From Eledone cirrhosa (lineage: Eukaryota), in NCBI GenBank assembly GCA_964016885.1, contig OZ024743.1, positions 303,118,001 through 303,182,000 on the forward strand: a stretch of DNA of 64,000 nucleotides. The letters run 5' to 3'. A program made the translations under genes and the position numbers. A model generated the notes under the pieces. It made no database searches. It had not been told where the DNA came from and saw nothing but the letters and a program-made list of their open reading frames with translations. Shown here piece by piece: positions 25,907 to 37,887 of this stretch; position 1 is the stretch's first letter, and every line of letters starts with the position of its first letter.

Positions 25907-26455
25907 AACGGTGGTGGATTGGCAGTATCGGTAGAGGGTCGGACGCCATGCTTTCCAGCATAGTTACGTCCCTTTACGATCTGAGTTCAAATCCCGCCGA
26001 GGTTGACTTTGCCTTTCATCCTTACGGGGTCGATAAAATAAAGTACCAGTAATGCACTGGGTAATTGCTGGCCTTGTGCCTAAAGTAGAAACAATTATTA
26101 TTTAGAACGGTGGATTGGCAGTATTGGTAGAGGGTCGGACGCCATGCTTTCCAGCATAGTTACGTCCCTTTACGATCTGAGTTCAAATCCCGCCGAGGTT
26201 GACTTTGCCTTTCATCCTTACTGGGTCGATAAAATAAAGTACCAGTAATGCACTGGATAATTGCTGGCCTTGTGCCTAAAGTAGAAACAATTATTATTTA
26301 GAGCGTAAGACACCATAGTTTGCAGTGTAGGAGTTATGGCCCTTTACTTTCTGAGTTCAAATCACCCCAGGTTAACTTTACCTTTCATTCTTACGCGGTC
26401 GATAAAATAAAGGACCCGTAATGCACTGGGGTAATTGCTGGCCCTGTGCCCAAAC
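25907..26455 (+). mobile_element. Head-to-tail array of three SINEs, preceded by an older SINE tail
   Basis: Two near-identical units of about 198 bp joined by TTATTATTTAGAACGGTGG, then a diverged 5'-truncated third copy. Confidence 0.85.
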
Positions 26456-26759
26456 TGTCAGACAGTAAAGACGTGCTTTTCGTGAGCTCCACAATGTAGT
26501 AAATTTCAAGATTTTTTCAAATATATTATTTGCTACATTTTTTGCAAGGGGGTCGTAAGACTTCCGTCTTTGCCCTATGAAGGGGAGACGAAACATATTT
26601 TGGCCTTTTGGTCAACAATATTTGAACTTTGAGTAAAAAAAAATATAAAAATTATTCAGATGAAAAAAACATCACTTAGGCACGCCCCCCCAGCTATAAG
26701 TTTCCTGTCGTGCGACAGTGATTTAAACTTTGAGAGAAGGAACACGGCGAACACAATAT

Positions 26760-27270
26760 TTGATACCTCTAACACATTTAGAAACACTACCACAAACAAA
26801 ATAAAAGTGACAACAACAATGAGAACACTAATCTAAAAAAATGACAACACCAAACCATAGCAATAACAGCGACAACCAATAGACAGACAGCAGGAAAAAT
26901 GACAACAACTACAACGAAATTAACACCACAACAAGAACATGAACAGCGACAGTGACAGCACTAACATCAGCAAAACCGGCTGCACCGAAAACAACATCGG
27001 CACTAAATATATAATCAACCAATATCAACAGCCACAACAACAGCAGCAACAACGACACCAAAACAACAACGACAACGCCAACAAAAACAACATTACCAAC
27101 AACAAGAATACTTTCGCTGCGGCAGCAGTCAAAAAGAGGCCATGCTTGGACTTCAAGAATAAAGAGGAGAAGTTGGCCCAAGCCTGGGAGCTCATCAAAC
27201 AAGAGGAAATATGGGCCATCTTAACTGTCCCAATAGAAGCCATTGAAGAAGTGGAGCGTAATTTTGTTGG
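26760..27270 (+). mobile_element. Possible ORF1 5' remnant of a Tx1-like LINE
   Basis: Asn/Thr/Gln-rich stretch then NTFAAAAVKKRPC, parallel to the low-complexity stretch plus SFAKAAKKC at 3.6-3.9 kb. Confidence 0.35.
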
Positions 27271-27297
27271 TTATTGTTATTCTTATTGTTATTGTTT

Positions 27298-27476
27298 TGT
27301 AGCATATAGTTACGTGGCTTTATGTTCTGAGTTCAAATACGGCCGAGGTTATGTTTGCCTTTCATCATTACGGGTTCGATAAATTGAAGCACTCCTAACA
27401 TACTGGGGTCGATATAAACGACTTTCCTACCTCACAAAATTATCGGCCTTGTGCCTAAATTGGAAACACTTATTAT
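27298..27476 (+). mobile_element. Older SINE subfamily copy
   Basis: GAGTTCAAATAC, TTTGCCTTTCATC, extra CTGGGGTCGAT segment, GGCCTTGTGCCTAAA tail. Confidence 0.7.
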
Positions 27477-30400
27477 AGCTTTCTGTATTGTATTACTATT
27501 CTACGTACATCCAAGTTTCATCATTATCATAGGTTTTCCCTCACCCCTAACAGGGACATGACCAAGAACACTACAAAAGCGTGGTACAATGGAAATGAAA
27601 GGCCGAAGGTAGCGGAACAACTGCATTCAACTTCGCCTCCTTTATGGAAATATTTGGTGGATGCTATAAGTCTTGGGAAGCAAGACTTTGGAAGACTTCT
27701 GTCTTATTCAATCTGACTTCTAGGTTAAAGAGATCAAAAGCATTCGCAATGCACGAGGAAAAGATCTACGTGGCTCTTTAATTGTACGCAGGGTATGCTG
27801 CATCATTAGACAACTGGAGCTCTGGGGTCAGTTTGTATGTAGTCTTGGTGTGTGCCTGCTACCACCGCGGGATGAAGAGCTATAAATCGGTGCTGAATCG
27901 GATATATCTCCACAGGTCTTTCATGGCTTGTTTCACAATTGTGCTGAAGTAGGGCTTTAAGTTGGAGTGAAGTGCACGCATAAGTGGATCCACCCTATAC
28001 GGCTGAGTTTCCTCTGTTATAGCCAATCAAGCCGGGTCGGTGAGAGCGGGATCCTTAGATCATAATATTTAAATTAGATTGTCCTTCTCCTAGGCAGTTC
28101 TCAACTTAAGCTGAGGAGCACCCATATCTCTGTGATGCTGGTTAGGATTGGAATGAACGTTTTCCTTCAGTTAGGTAGGGGGCCACGCAAGGAATGCCGA
28201 TCTTTATTTGCCCGGAGTTGTCTGATTTGGGGGCTTAAGAGACTCGCTTGTTACACACGTCTTTTAAAGAGGGACCTGGGAAGGAAGTAAACCAGTAGGT
28301 GTTGAATAACCAAAAACCTACTGCTTGGCTTCCTCTGCCGGCCTCTCTCTTACGAGAGGACGTTTCGGTCGCTTACCATATGGTGTTTTTAGTAGGTGAG
28401 AGGTAGCTCAAATCTGCTCCACCCCTCGGTCCTCTATTGATTTTGATCCATGTTATCTATGTCGAGTTATTTTATACGTAATTCGTACAAGGGATAGTAT
28501 AACTCCTTTGGACATTTAAATTGCCCAAGTGTCACTAATTTTATTAGAATTGCATACAGCTTCCGTTATGATCAGGGCGGTGCGTGTTTTGGATGCTTGA
28601 ATTGAAAAGATCAAATTCTCAGCAAAGTTCTAATAGATGAAGTGCCTTACTATTTATCTTACCATAACTAACACGACCAAATTTGACTACTTATGCCAAA
28701 CAGATCAATGAAATCTAAAATTACTATTTTTGTCTTTTCTAGAATTTTTATGACGTATACTCGTGAAAGATCATTAGAAAAATATTTTTGTTTGTCATCG
28801 TTATTCAGTTTAAGGGCGTATGCGCTATCAAGATGTGAACTATATGGGTAGATGATGAAGAGTTGTTTCTATAAGGGTGAACTTGGGTTTCTGCGTTGCA
28901 GATAAGCATTGATGTATATTACTGCAGACAGTGTACGGACTTTTTGAAGAAAACTTTATAAGATTCGGAATATAGAAGAAAGCGCCGATATCACCTCCAA
29001 AAGAGGAAAATTAATTAAGAAGAATATTATTTTAGATAAATATTTACATTGGATGAACTGACTTCTAAATGTTTTGGTATCTTCTAAATAGAAAGAGAAC
29101 GACTTACAAAAAAAATAAAAAGATTAGGGAAAACAAACATGAAATCATGTGTATTATCATATACAATCTCTACACTTGATTGTTTTTTATTTATTGTGTC
29201 ACACCTACTTATACTTTAGAGAATTTGTATGTTCTAAATAAGTGACCGAGTGATTAACACTTGGGTTTCTGCGTTCTTTCTATATCAGTGTCTTTGAGTT
29301 CACTTATCATAACCAAACGAACATTACACTCTAATGGTAGCCCATTTATATTTCTATGCGTAAACACTCCCCTCATCACTTCATCTATGTTACATATGTG
29401 CGAGAACAGGACAAATATTTATACACGTTTTATTTTCATCTTTACAAATATGTGACTGAAAATTGTATAATGGTAGTTTACGAAAAAAATAAAATAAAAA
29501 TAAAACTAAATATTTACCATATGCTATACTTCCCAGACGAGATATCAATGAATCTATAACAAAATTGTTTACATCGATAATAATATAGCTGTTTTGTTTA
29601 ATATATAAAACATAGTTGAATGCAACAACAAAGACAAAAATAAAGTTAATAGTCTTCAACACTCCGTCTGTCCACTAATCATTCTTAATATTCTCAAATA
29701 GACGGTAAATAAATTAACCAGATTAAGTAGGTAATTAACACAAAAAAATAGAGGACAACAAATAACCACATGTTTATTACATTGGTTTGAGAGTTATATT
29801 AACTAATGATATAGGCAAGTGTTTTATGCACCTAGACGTCCATTAAAAACAACAACAAACATGCATGTAATAGTCAAATATTTATTAAAATAATCAACAA
29901 CAGAGATTTCTCCTGTTCATAAGCTTCATGAACATAATTCACGTGAGCAGCCACTTTGGGGATGCTATAAAACCGGCGGGTGCAGGTTCAGTTTGCAGTA
30001 ATTTGTAGGCTATTAGTTAACTCATCATAAGGTGATATCTGACATGCACCGGATAGGTTTGCTGCATAGTACTGCAAGGAATGAACACCAAAGCTGCCAA
30101 AACTGCAACACTTATACTCTTATGCAAACCTGGTCAGTGCACTGAACAAATGAAAAGGTTCAAGTAACTCGGAGAGTTTTTCACGAGTTGTGCTAGGCAG
30201 GAGGCTGAATTATGGGCAATAATTGCAGTAGCTGGTACAGTAATTAACTAGCTTCAGCAATCGGTCAATACACGAAGGGAGGAAGGTGTAAAAGTCAAAC
30301 TCGCTATCTTCCATTCTGATTTCGTGCCTAGGATAACATAAAGTGCTGAGTTTCAACAAATTGTGTTTGAAAAAGAAAAATGAAACAAAATTAAAATTAT

Positions 30401-30600
30401 TAATAGGCTAATCACGCAAAAATCAAACTCGGTTCGGAAATAACACGAGAAGAAATGAGAAGTAACCAACTCAAATGGAAGAAAGTAGTAAGATATAACT
30501 TATATCAATGCTTGGAAAGTGAAGAACATATGACTCAATATGGGATTAAATTACCATATATAGAACAGTATTCCACGTCAAATTCACTAAAAGCATATCA

Positions 30601-30780
30601 CTGTTTCCAAATTTGGCATAAGGCCATCACATACCCAGTGCATTACTGGTACTTTATTTTATCGACCCCGTAAGGATGAAAGGCAAAGTTAACCTCGGCG
30701 GGATTTGAACTCAGATCGTATAGGGAAGTAACTATGCTGGAAAGCATGGCGTCCCGCCCTCTACCGATACTGCCAATCCA
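30601..30780 (-). mobile_element. tRNA-derived SINE
   Basis: Reverse complement of the main family. Confidence 0.85.
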
Positions 30781-31875
30781 GCATATAATAAAGCTGCATC
30801 CGCTAAATACAGGCGAAATATGTTTGCATTTTGAGGAAACAAACACTTCGTCTCTAAATGCCAGTTTGCATCAAAAATTGTGTGTGAGAGAGAGTGAGTG
30901 ATTGTGTGTGATAGTGTGCGTAAATGATGCAGCGCTAGTCTAAGAATTGCAAATAAATCTATGGTAATATAATATATAATCCCCTGCAAAGGAAGAAACA
31001 TTTTGATATTTCTATTTCTAATATTGATAAAACTCAAATATTGGCAAAACTAAAGAAAACGAAGAAAACAAAAACAGCTATATGTGAAATGTTTATGACT
31101 GGCTGTTTTGCTAAACATAATATCTTCTTTGTAAGCATTGATCTTCCTAAGTATTACCAGATAATACATTTGCCGAAAACTCAACAATGTTAAACAATAA
31201 TTCGTATGTCTTTAGGAATGGAATAAGCAATTCGGCAAACATTATTTATAACAGGTACATTATTTATATCAGGTATTTCTGTTAAAGAATTGTTAGATAA
31301 AGTTGTGAGACTTTCTGATTAGAATCAATATGTTGTCTAAGAATGACCTGAAAGTTTAGTGGATCTTTTTTTTTACAAACTATCCCGATCCCAGTTGTAA
31401 TTATTTGAACAGACGATCATTGTTTATCTCACTAAACCGATTCCAGAAACTATTGCAAGGGGATTGTGTCACTTTGTTAGAATTTACACACAGTACTTAG
31501 AGATAACCGGAATTAATATAATTCATTTAAGTAGCTAACAATTGCCGAAACATGCACAACACCTTGCTGTCTTCAGATACGTTTATATCCTTTTAATGTT
31601 ATGCAGAACATGAATTTGAAGTTGACTATGTAGATGCCTCTAGGAACATTTATGACATGGTAAGTAATCACAGAGCAAAGCACATGTTTCATTTCCTTTA
31701 GCATAATATGCAAAAGGAAGTTTACGGAATGCTGGTTTCCAAGCGAAATATTTCAAACTGCACATTGTATATTTAATGATATCAATTGGATAATAAATGC
31801 ATTGTGTTTTTCTATTAAGAACAAATTCCAGAAGAAATGTATCCAAAATTGATCCAAACAATGAACGTAAAATTA

Positions 31876-32061
31876 ATTGTTTCTACTTTTGGCACAAGGC
31901 CAGCAATTACCCCGGTACATTACTGGTACTTTATTTCATCGACCCCGTAAGGATGAAAGGGAAAGGGAACCTCGGCGGGAATTGAACTCATACTATAAAG
32001 GGCCGTAACTCTATGCAAAACATGGTGTCCGACCTTCTACCGATACTGCCAATCACCCGCC
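31876..32061 (-). mobile_element. tRNA-derived SINE
   Basis: Reverse complement of the main family. Confidence 0.8.
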
Positions 32062-32419
32062 CTTGAAAGTAATCTTTAATGATGCTTACCTCGGTGTAAT
32101 TGTAAAGAAACACGTTCTCAATTAAGAATGAATGATTTATTGTAAATCAATCTATTAACAAGAATTATAAGTAATGTTGGGCGCCCGGAGAAAACGGAAT
32201 CTACGTCTTAGACAGAGGATTTATGAGCAGAAAATAGTTTAATAAAATTGAAAATCAATTTAAAAAGGAAATAGGGAACCACATATATTTTAAGCGGCAT
32301 TGGGGAAGATGGAGATCCAATTATGTAATGTACCTAATAGCAAATGCAAGTAAATTAAAAAGAGCTATATGTATATTCAAGTTTGATACATTCATAATCT
32401 TGTGGGACTGGATTGTCAT

Positions 32420-33960
32420 TGTTTTCCAAATCAGTAGATTCAATGATTCATGTCGAATTTACTTGTGACTCAGAATTTTCGTCCCTAGTCTTTCATGTTG
32501 AGCGATAGAGGTCAAATTGAATGGAGAGTTCGTATCCAGATAGCCTACTAGTAGTGCATTCATGACATGACACAGCTATCTGTGATTTTGTTCCATGAAT
32601 TTCCCACCCAAGTCACGATCTCTTGAATTTTCCCCGCTCATTTCGCGCCATTCTGTTTTTGATGCAGTCATTTATGTCCATGCGCAGATGGTCCTTGAAT
32701 GGTTTATTCAGTGCCTTGTCAAGAGTCTGGAGATAGGCGGTCATTCCTGTTGGAATGATGATTTGATCGATTCTTCTTTCTGCAAGAAAGTTCTACATAT
32801 CTTTGGCGCGGTGCGTGCTGGCTGAATCCCAGACTATGAGACCACTTTGGTTTCACGTAAAATCAATGGCAGCATGAAATCGACCCACTTCCTTAAAACT
32901 GGCTGTGTGCACCACGCGTTTTCAGTTTCCAGAACAGAGATACCTGAAATGCATTCAATTTTATCTTTCTTGCCTTTAGTGATGATAAGAGGTGGAGCTT
33001 TGCTCCCGTCGAGACAAATTGCCAAGATACACGTAACTCGTTCACTTTCGTAACTAGTGGATGGAATGTAAATTGACGACGCAAACCTTTGATCAATTGT
33101 AGATTGAGTGCTTTGACCCATGAATACTACTGTTTCCTCCATAGCAATCATGTTGGAGAGACGGTAGTTAGAAAAGTATATTACATCAACAAAAGTATTA
33201 AATGCGAGTGCACGTTTAATAATCTCAGTATCGTCCAGGTTGAACAGTGTTGTCGATCTTCTCAGAGAAAATTCGTGTAGCTGAAGGGAATTATCCAACC
33301 AGATTTTGGATGCTTTGAATTCTTCTGGAATTATACCAAACTCTAGTGCATTTGTAAGGGCAAATGTTTGAATAACAGCCCTGTGAACAACCAAATCTCT
33401 GGCTCTTCTTTCAGCAGTCCATTCACAGATGGTGTCTGCCAGCTCAAGAAATATCCGTTGTCGACCAGATGCACGCTTATGTTTCTTTGCATTTCCTGAC
33501 TGAGTTTATCGTAGTCCATTCTCCATCTTTGAACTATTCGGAGATCCAGATTCTTTTCTTTGCAGAAAATAGTAAGATTCTTGCCCAGTGATTCCTCCAC
33601 AATTCCTTTCTTGTACTCGACTGTATAACTCTTCTTTTCTTTCATCTTGTCTAGGGCTGAAAATGATCTTCTCTCCGGAAGTTACTAAGCCATTATTTCC
33701 AGTTTGTACACGCATTTTGATAAACAATATTGATTGCACGCAATTCGCCCTTTCCTTTCGTTAATTTCATTATCGATTTTTTCACTTCCGCGTATTCCAC
33801 AATCTTCTTATACACCACCTTATCAGTTAGTTTTACATTAAGATACAATCCTATTCTACAATGGCTGATTGTGCTAATTTTCATAGGTGGTAATTTCTTT
33901 CTTTTGCCATTCATTTTTCTACGGCTTATTTTCGGGGGTGGCTTATAATGGGGGAAACAT
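32420..33960 (-). mobile_element. pogo-type (Tc1/mariner superfamily) DNA transposon, disrupted transposase
   Basis: KSYTVEYKKGIVE (N-terminal HTH), FKASKIWL..RRST (CENP-B-like HTH), IAMEET, RVTCILA..DGSKAPPLIITKGK, NAWCT (DDE_1-like); GGCTTATTTTCGGG subterminal motif. Confidence 0.8.
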
Positions 33961-34188
33961 ATATGTTATATGTATATTTTTTCTATATTGCAGTTTTTGG
34001 TATATATGTGTAGATACGTATGTGTATATATGTATAATTATATGTTTATATATGTATGTGTATATATGTATGTGTATGATTATATTGTTTATATATGTGC
34101 ATGCTTATAACAAGATGCATCATTTCATGTATGACCCGTTGTATGACCCATTGTGTATCTTTATATGACTTTCTGTATATATCCTACT

Positions 34189-34229
<41 letters not shown>

Positions 34230-34334
34230 CTTTGTAGACGTGCGTGGGCCTGTATGTGAATATGCGCATATTTGTAAAAGTGTATATGGGCCAGTGTGTG
34301 TGTACAAGCACCCAATGTAGGGAAAGCGCTTGTT

Positions 34335-34401
<67 letters not shown>

Positions 34402-34405
34402 ATAT

Positions 34406-34490
<85 letters not shown>

Positions 34491-34523
34491 AAAGAATAGA
34501 GGTGTAACACACAAGTTATTATG

Positions 34524-34721
34524 TATTAGTAAACGGAATAGAAAATGCTGACAAATTGTTCACAGTTGAAAAATGGTTTAATTAGGAATAAAAGAGTATT
34601 AGTGATTGTATGGGTTAGTATTCAGTTGAATACTAACCCATACAATCACTAATACTCTTTTATTCCTAATTAAACCATTTCTCAACTGTGAACAATTTGT
34701 CAGCATTTTCTCATCCGTTTA

Positions 34722-34727
<6 letters not shown>
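34524..34727. repeat. Near-perfect palindrome of about 204 bp with a 2-nt loop
   Basis: ..GGGTTAGTATTCA-GT-TGAATACTAACCC..; arms about 100 bp with few mismatches; lies between (TA)n tracts. Confidence 0.9.
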
Positions 34728-34796
<69 letters not shown>

Positions 34797-35045
34797 CATT
34801 TAATATATCTACTAACATAAGCGCACCGATGTACGCTAATGCCAGCAAATACACAGGTTATGTCATAGTACCTAGGTGGTTCAATGCAGGAGGATGCCGA
34901 ACAATAATATAGAAGACGTAAAATAAGAAAATTTTCAGTGCTTGGAATCCAGTCCCCGATAGCTGTTCCATTTACCGAATTATTATTATTTTTATATGAG
35001 TCCCCAGTGTCCGCGCATTGCGTGGAGACTTGGCTGAGAATAGAC

Positions 35046-35125
35046 CTCCCTGATGAATCAATGAAATTCTCAACAGTTCATTACGTAACTGTCTTTATCC
35101 CATTGCAGAAACTAATTAGTTGGAG
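35046..35125 (+). ncRNA. Type I hammerhead ribozyme, extended stem II (copy 1)
   Basis: CTCC-CTGATGA-..CAATG[..ACAGTT cattacgt AACTGT..]CATTG..-GAAA-CTAATTAG-TT-GGAG. Confidence 0.65.
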
Positions 35126-35596
35126 TGAAAATTTAAGTAAGTAAGCTAATTTAAAAAAATTTTTTAAAAACATTTTCTTATTTTACGTCTTTTATATTAT
35201 TGTTCTGCATCCTCCTGCATTGAACCACCTAGGTACTATGACATAACCTGTGTATTTGCTGGCATTAGCGTACATCTGTGCGCTTATGTTAGTAGATATA
35301 TTAAGTTATCTATTTGTATCTCCAAATCACTGATTTGTCGAGCAAACCTGCCAAAACCACTACTAAATGTTGTTGGGGTGTTAGTAGGCGTCTGTCATCT
35401 TACCATCCCACTCCTACCGACTAGCCTCAGTGTCACGTGATTGATTCTTTAGAATCGGCCATTTGACCAGTGGCAGCGAGAATTTTCAGTGTTTGGAATC
35501 CAGTCCCCGATAGCTGTTCCATTTACCGAATTATTATTATTTTTATATGAGTCCCCAGTGTCCGCGCATTGCCTGGAGACTTGGCTGAGAATAGAC

Positions 35597-35676
35597 CTCC
35601 CTGATGACGCAATGACATTCTCAACAGTTCATTACGTAACTGTCTTTATCCCATTGCAGAAACTAATTAGTTGGAG
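35597..35676 (+). ncRNA. Type I hammerhead ribozyme, extended stem II (copy 2)
   Basis: CTCC-CTGATGA-cGCAATG[..]CATTGCa-GAAA-CTAATTAG-TT-GGAG; palindromic stem III, GUU site. Confidence 0.7.
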
Positions 35677-36420
35677 TGAAAATGTAAGTAAGTAAGTTAA
35701 TTTGTTAAAATTTTTTTAAAACTTTTTCTTATTTTACGTCTTTTATATATATGTGTGTGTGTGTGTGTTTGCGAGCGAGTCTGTATCTGTTCCTGTATAT
35801 ATGGACACGTGTGTGTATGTGCGTGTGCATGGGGGAAAAATAAAAAAAAACGGGTGGGGTGTCTATGTATATGTATGTACGTGTTTCTGTATACGAGTAT
35901 ATATACGCGTATGCATGTGTGTGCGCCTGTGTGTGTGTTGGTGTATATGGGCATGTAGGCAGGCGTCTGTGTATGCGTATGTCTATAGTTTTATGTGTTC
36001 TCCTTAAGTGTGTGTGTATAGCGGGAGTCTATGCGTACGTATGTTGTTATATATGTGATTGTGTGTATGTGTGTGTGAGTGCGCGCGTGGACGTTTGAAC
36101 TACCAAACCCAGTAGTAATTCATCGAAGTGTGGTAGAAACGCGACAGCTGATCATGGTCAGTCAAATGACACCTGTTGGTCAGAATTACGATGGCCTAGA
36201 AAAACAGCATACAATAACAGGACGCGCGAAGAGGATGTTTTTTATGCTAACACCCCAGTGAGAGAATTTGCTCCGAAATCATTAGACCTGTCCATTGAAC
36301 CTACGGATCCGGAATCAGACAGATCCAGACAATGATCGTGTCTCGAGCTGTCCGCGGGCGAAACAATTGTAACACACAATGAATTGAGTTCAGATGCATC
36401 ACTGATTTTTCGTTTTATAT

Positions 36421-36467
<47 letters not shown>

Positions 36468-36815
36468 CTTCTAAGAAATTGAATGGGGAGGAATATACTG
36501 GTTGTGAAGCATCCGTGGAAAAGCATCGGATCAGTTAATCTCTTCACTGAGTTGCAAAACAGTTCTACCCGAAAGCTGTCTGGATACTTCATATTTGTCA
36601 TAGTCGGTTTGTATATCTCGAGTTATCCTTATAACTGAGTTCTGTGAACCATACTATTTTTAGTCAGTATTTTCTTCACCCTGGCGGTTTCTGTCCCCTG
36701 TGATTTGAATGCATATAGTTATATATATGTGTTCGTCTCTCTTTACTGTGTTATAAGTCTCGCAATTTAATTTTCCGTGAGCTAATTTGATTATATGGGA
36801 TTATTGTTAGTTTTT

Positions 36816-36971
<156 letters not shown>

Positions 36972-37815
36972 ATCTGAGGTTTTCGGATATTAATAATAAT
37001 ATTTGATTCGTTTGCAATAATACAAACAGCCTCTTTTATATGTTAATGCTTTACAGAGGCTCTTAGATGTGTGGTATAACGCACTTTAAACTTTATAACT
37101 TACAGGTTTTTTATTTGGGTGGTATCGGTCGATAAATAACAACAGGGATTTGATTTAAAACATTATAAAATATAAGGTTAGCGAGAAGAAAATAGTAAAT
37201 CGGAGACGTATCTCAAAACAATATCAGACGTAGAATGTTTAAGTAAAATATCGTTTCCATTGTAAATAATTTTATATATCAACTTGCCAAGCGTAAGTCT
37301 CTCTCTGTCTATAGCGTACCTAATTATCGTCCCACGGAGAATCCTTCCATTTTGTTATGGTGTCATTAGATGTGATGTATATCATATAATATATAAACCC
37401 TACTTGATGAAGTGTGTGGTCGATTTCGCTCCTTCAACGTTTGCTTTTTCCTCACAAATAATGTCTATTTGTGACTAGCATTTATATTACTTTGGTGCAT
37501 TTAAACGTCCAGTTCAATCGGCGGAATCACGCCAGTAAAACAATATTAGTTTAGTCTTTAAGAATGATAAGAGAGTAGAGTATGTTTATAAATATAAGAT
37601 ATTTTCAGATTATTCGTCTTCTCTCACGCCTTTCAACTTATGCTTAATTTGTAACCCCTCTTTCCTGTCTTTCTCTCTTCTAAACACACATATGTATTCG
37701 CACACAAACACATACATACACGCACATACGCACATACACACAGACAAACAGACATACAGACATACACAAACACACACACACACACACATACACATACACA
37801 CACATACACACATAT

Positions 37816-37887
<72 letters not shown>

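Larger units (their letters stand above)
34800..35748 (+). mobile_element. Non-coding element with two tandem HHRs 551 bp apart and a 5' inverted arm (retrozyme / pLTR-like)
   Basis: Direct repeats 34930-35197 / 35481-35748; inverted repeats 34800-34932 / 35172-35304; one HHR in each direct repeat. Confidence 0.75.

Noticed and set aside
25907-26010. tRNA gene suggested by A/B boxes
   Set aside because: No cloverleaf; it continues into a SINE body and tail, and the same holds for all other copies
27530-28430. GC-richer block, possibly a LINE 5'UTR or endonuclease remnant
   Set aside because: I could not recover convincing motifs by eye
32834-33645. Domesticated pogo-derived host gene
   Set aside because: Frameshifts, stops and an altered first catalytic residue (MEET) point to a dead transposon
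35604-35642. SECIS-like ATGA stem
   Set aside because: The 3' GA of the quartet is missing; the region is better explained as hammerhead stem II
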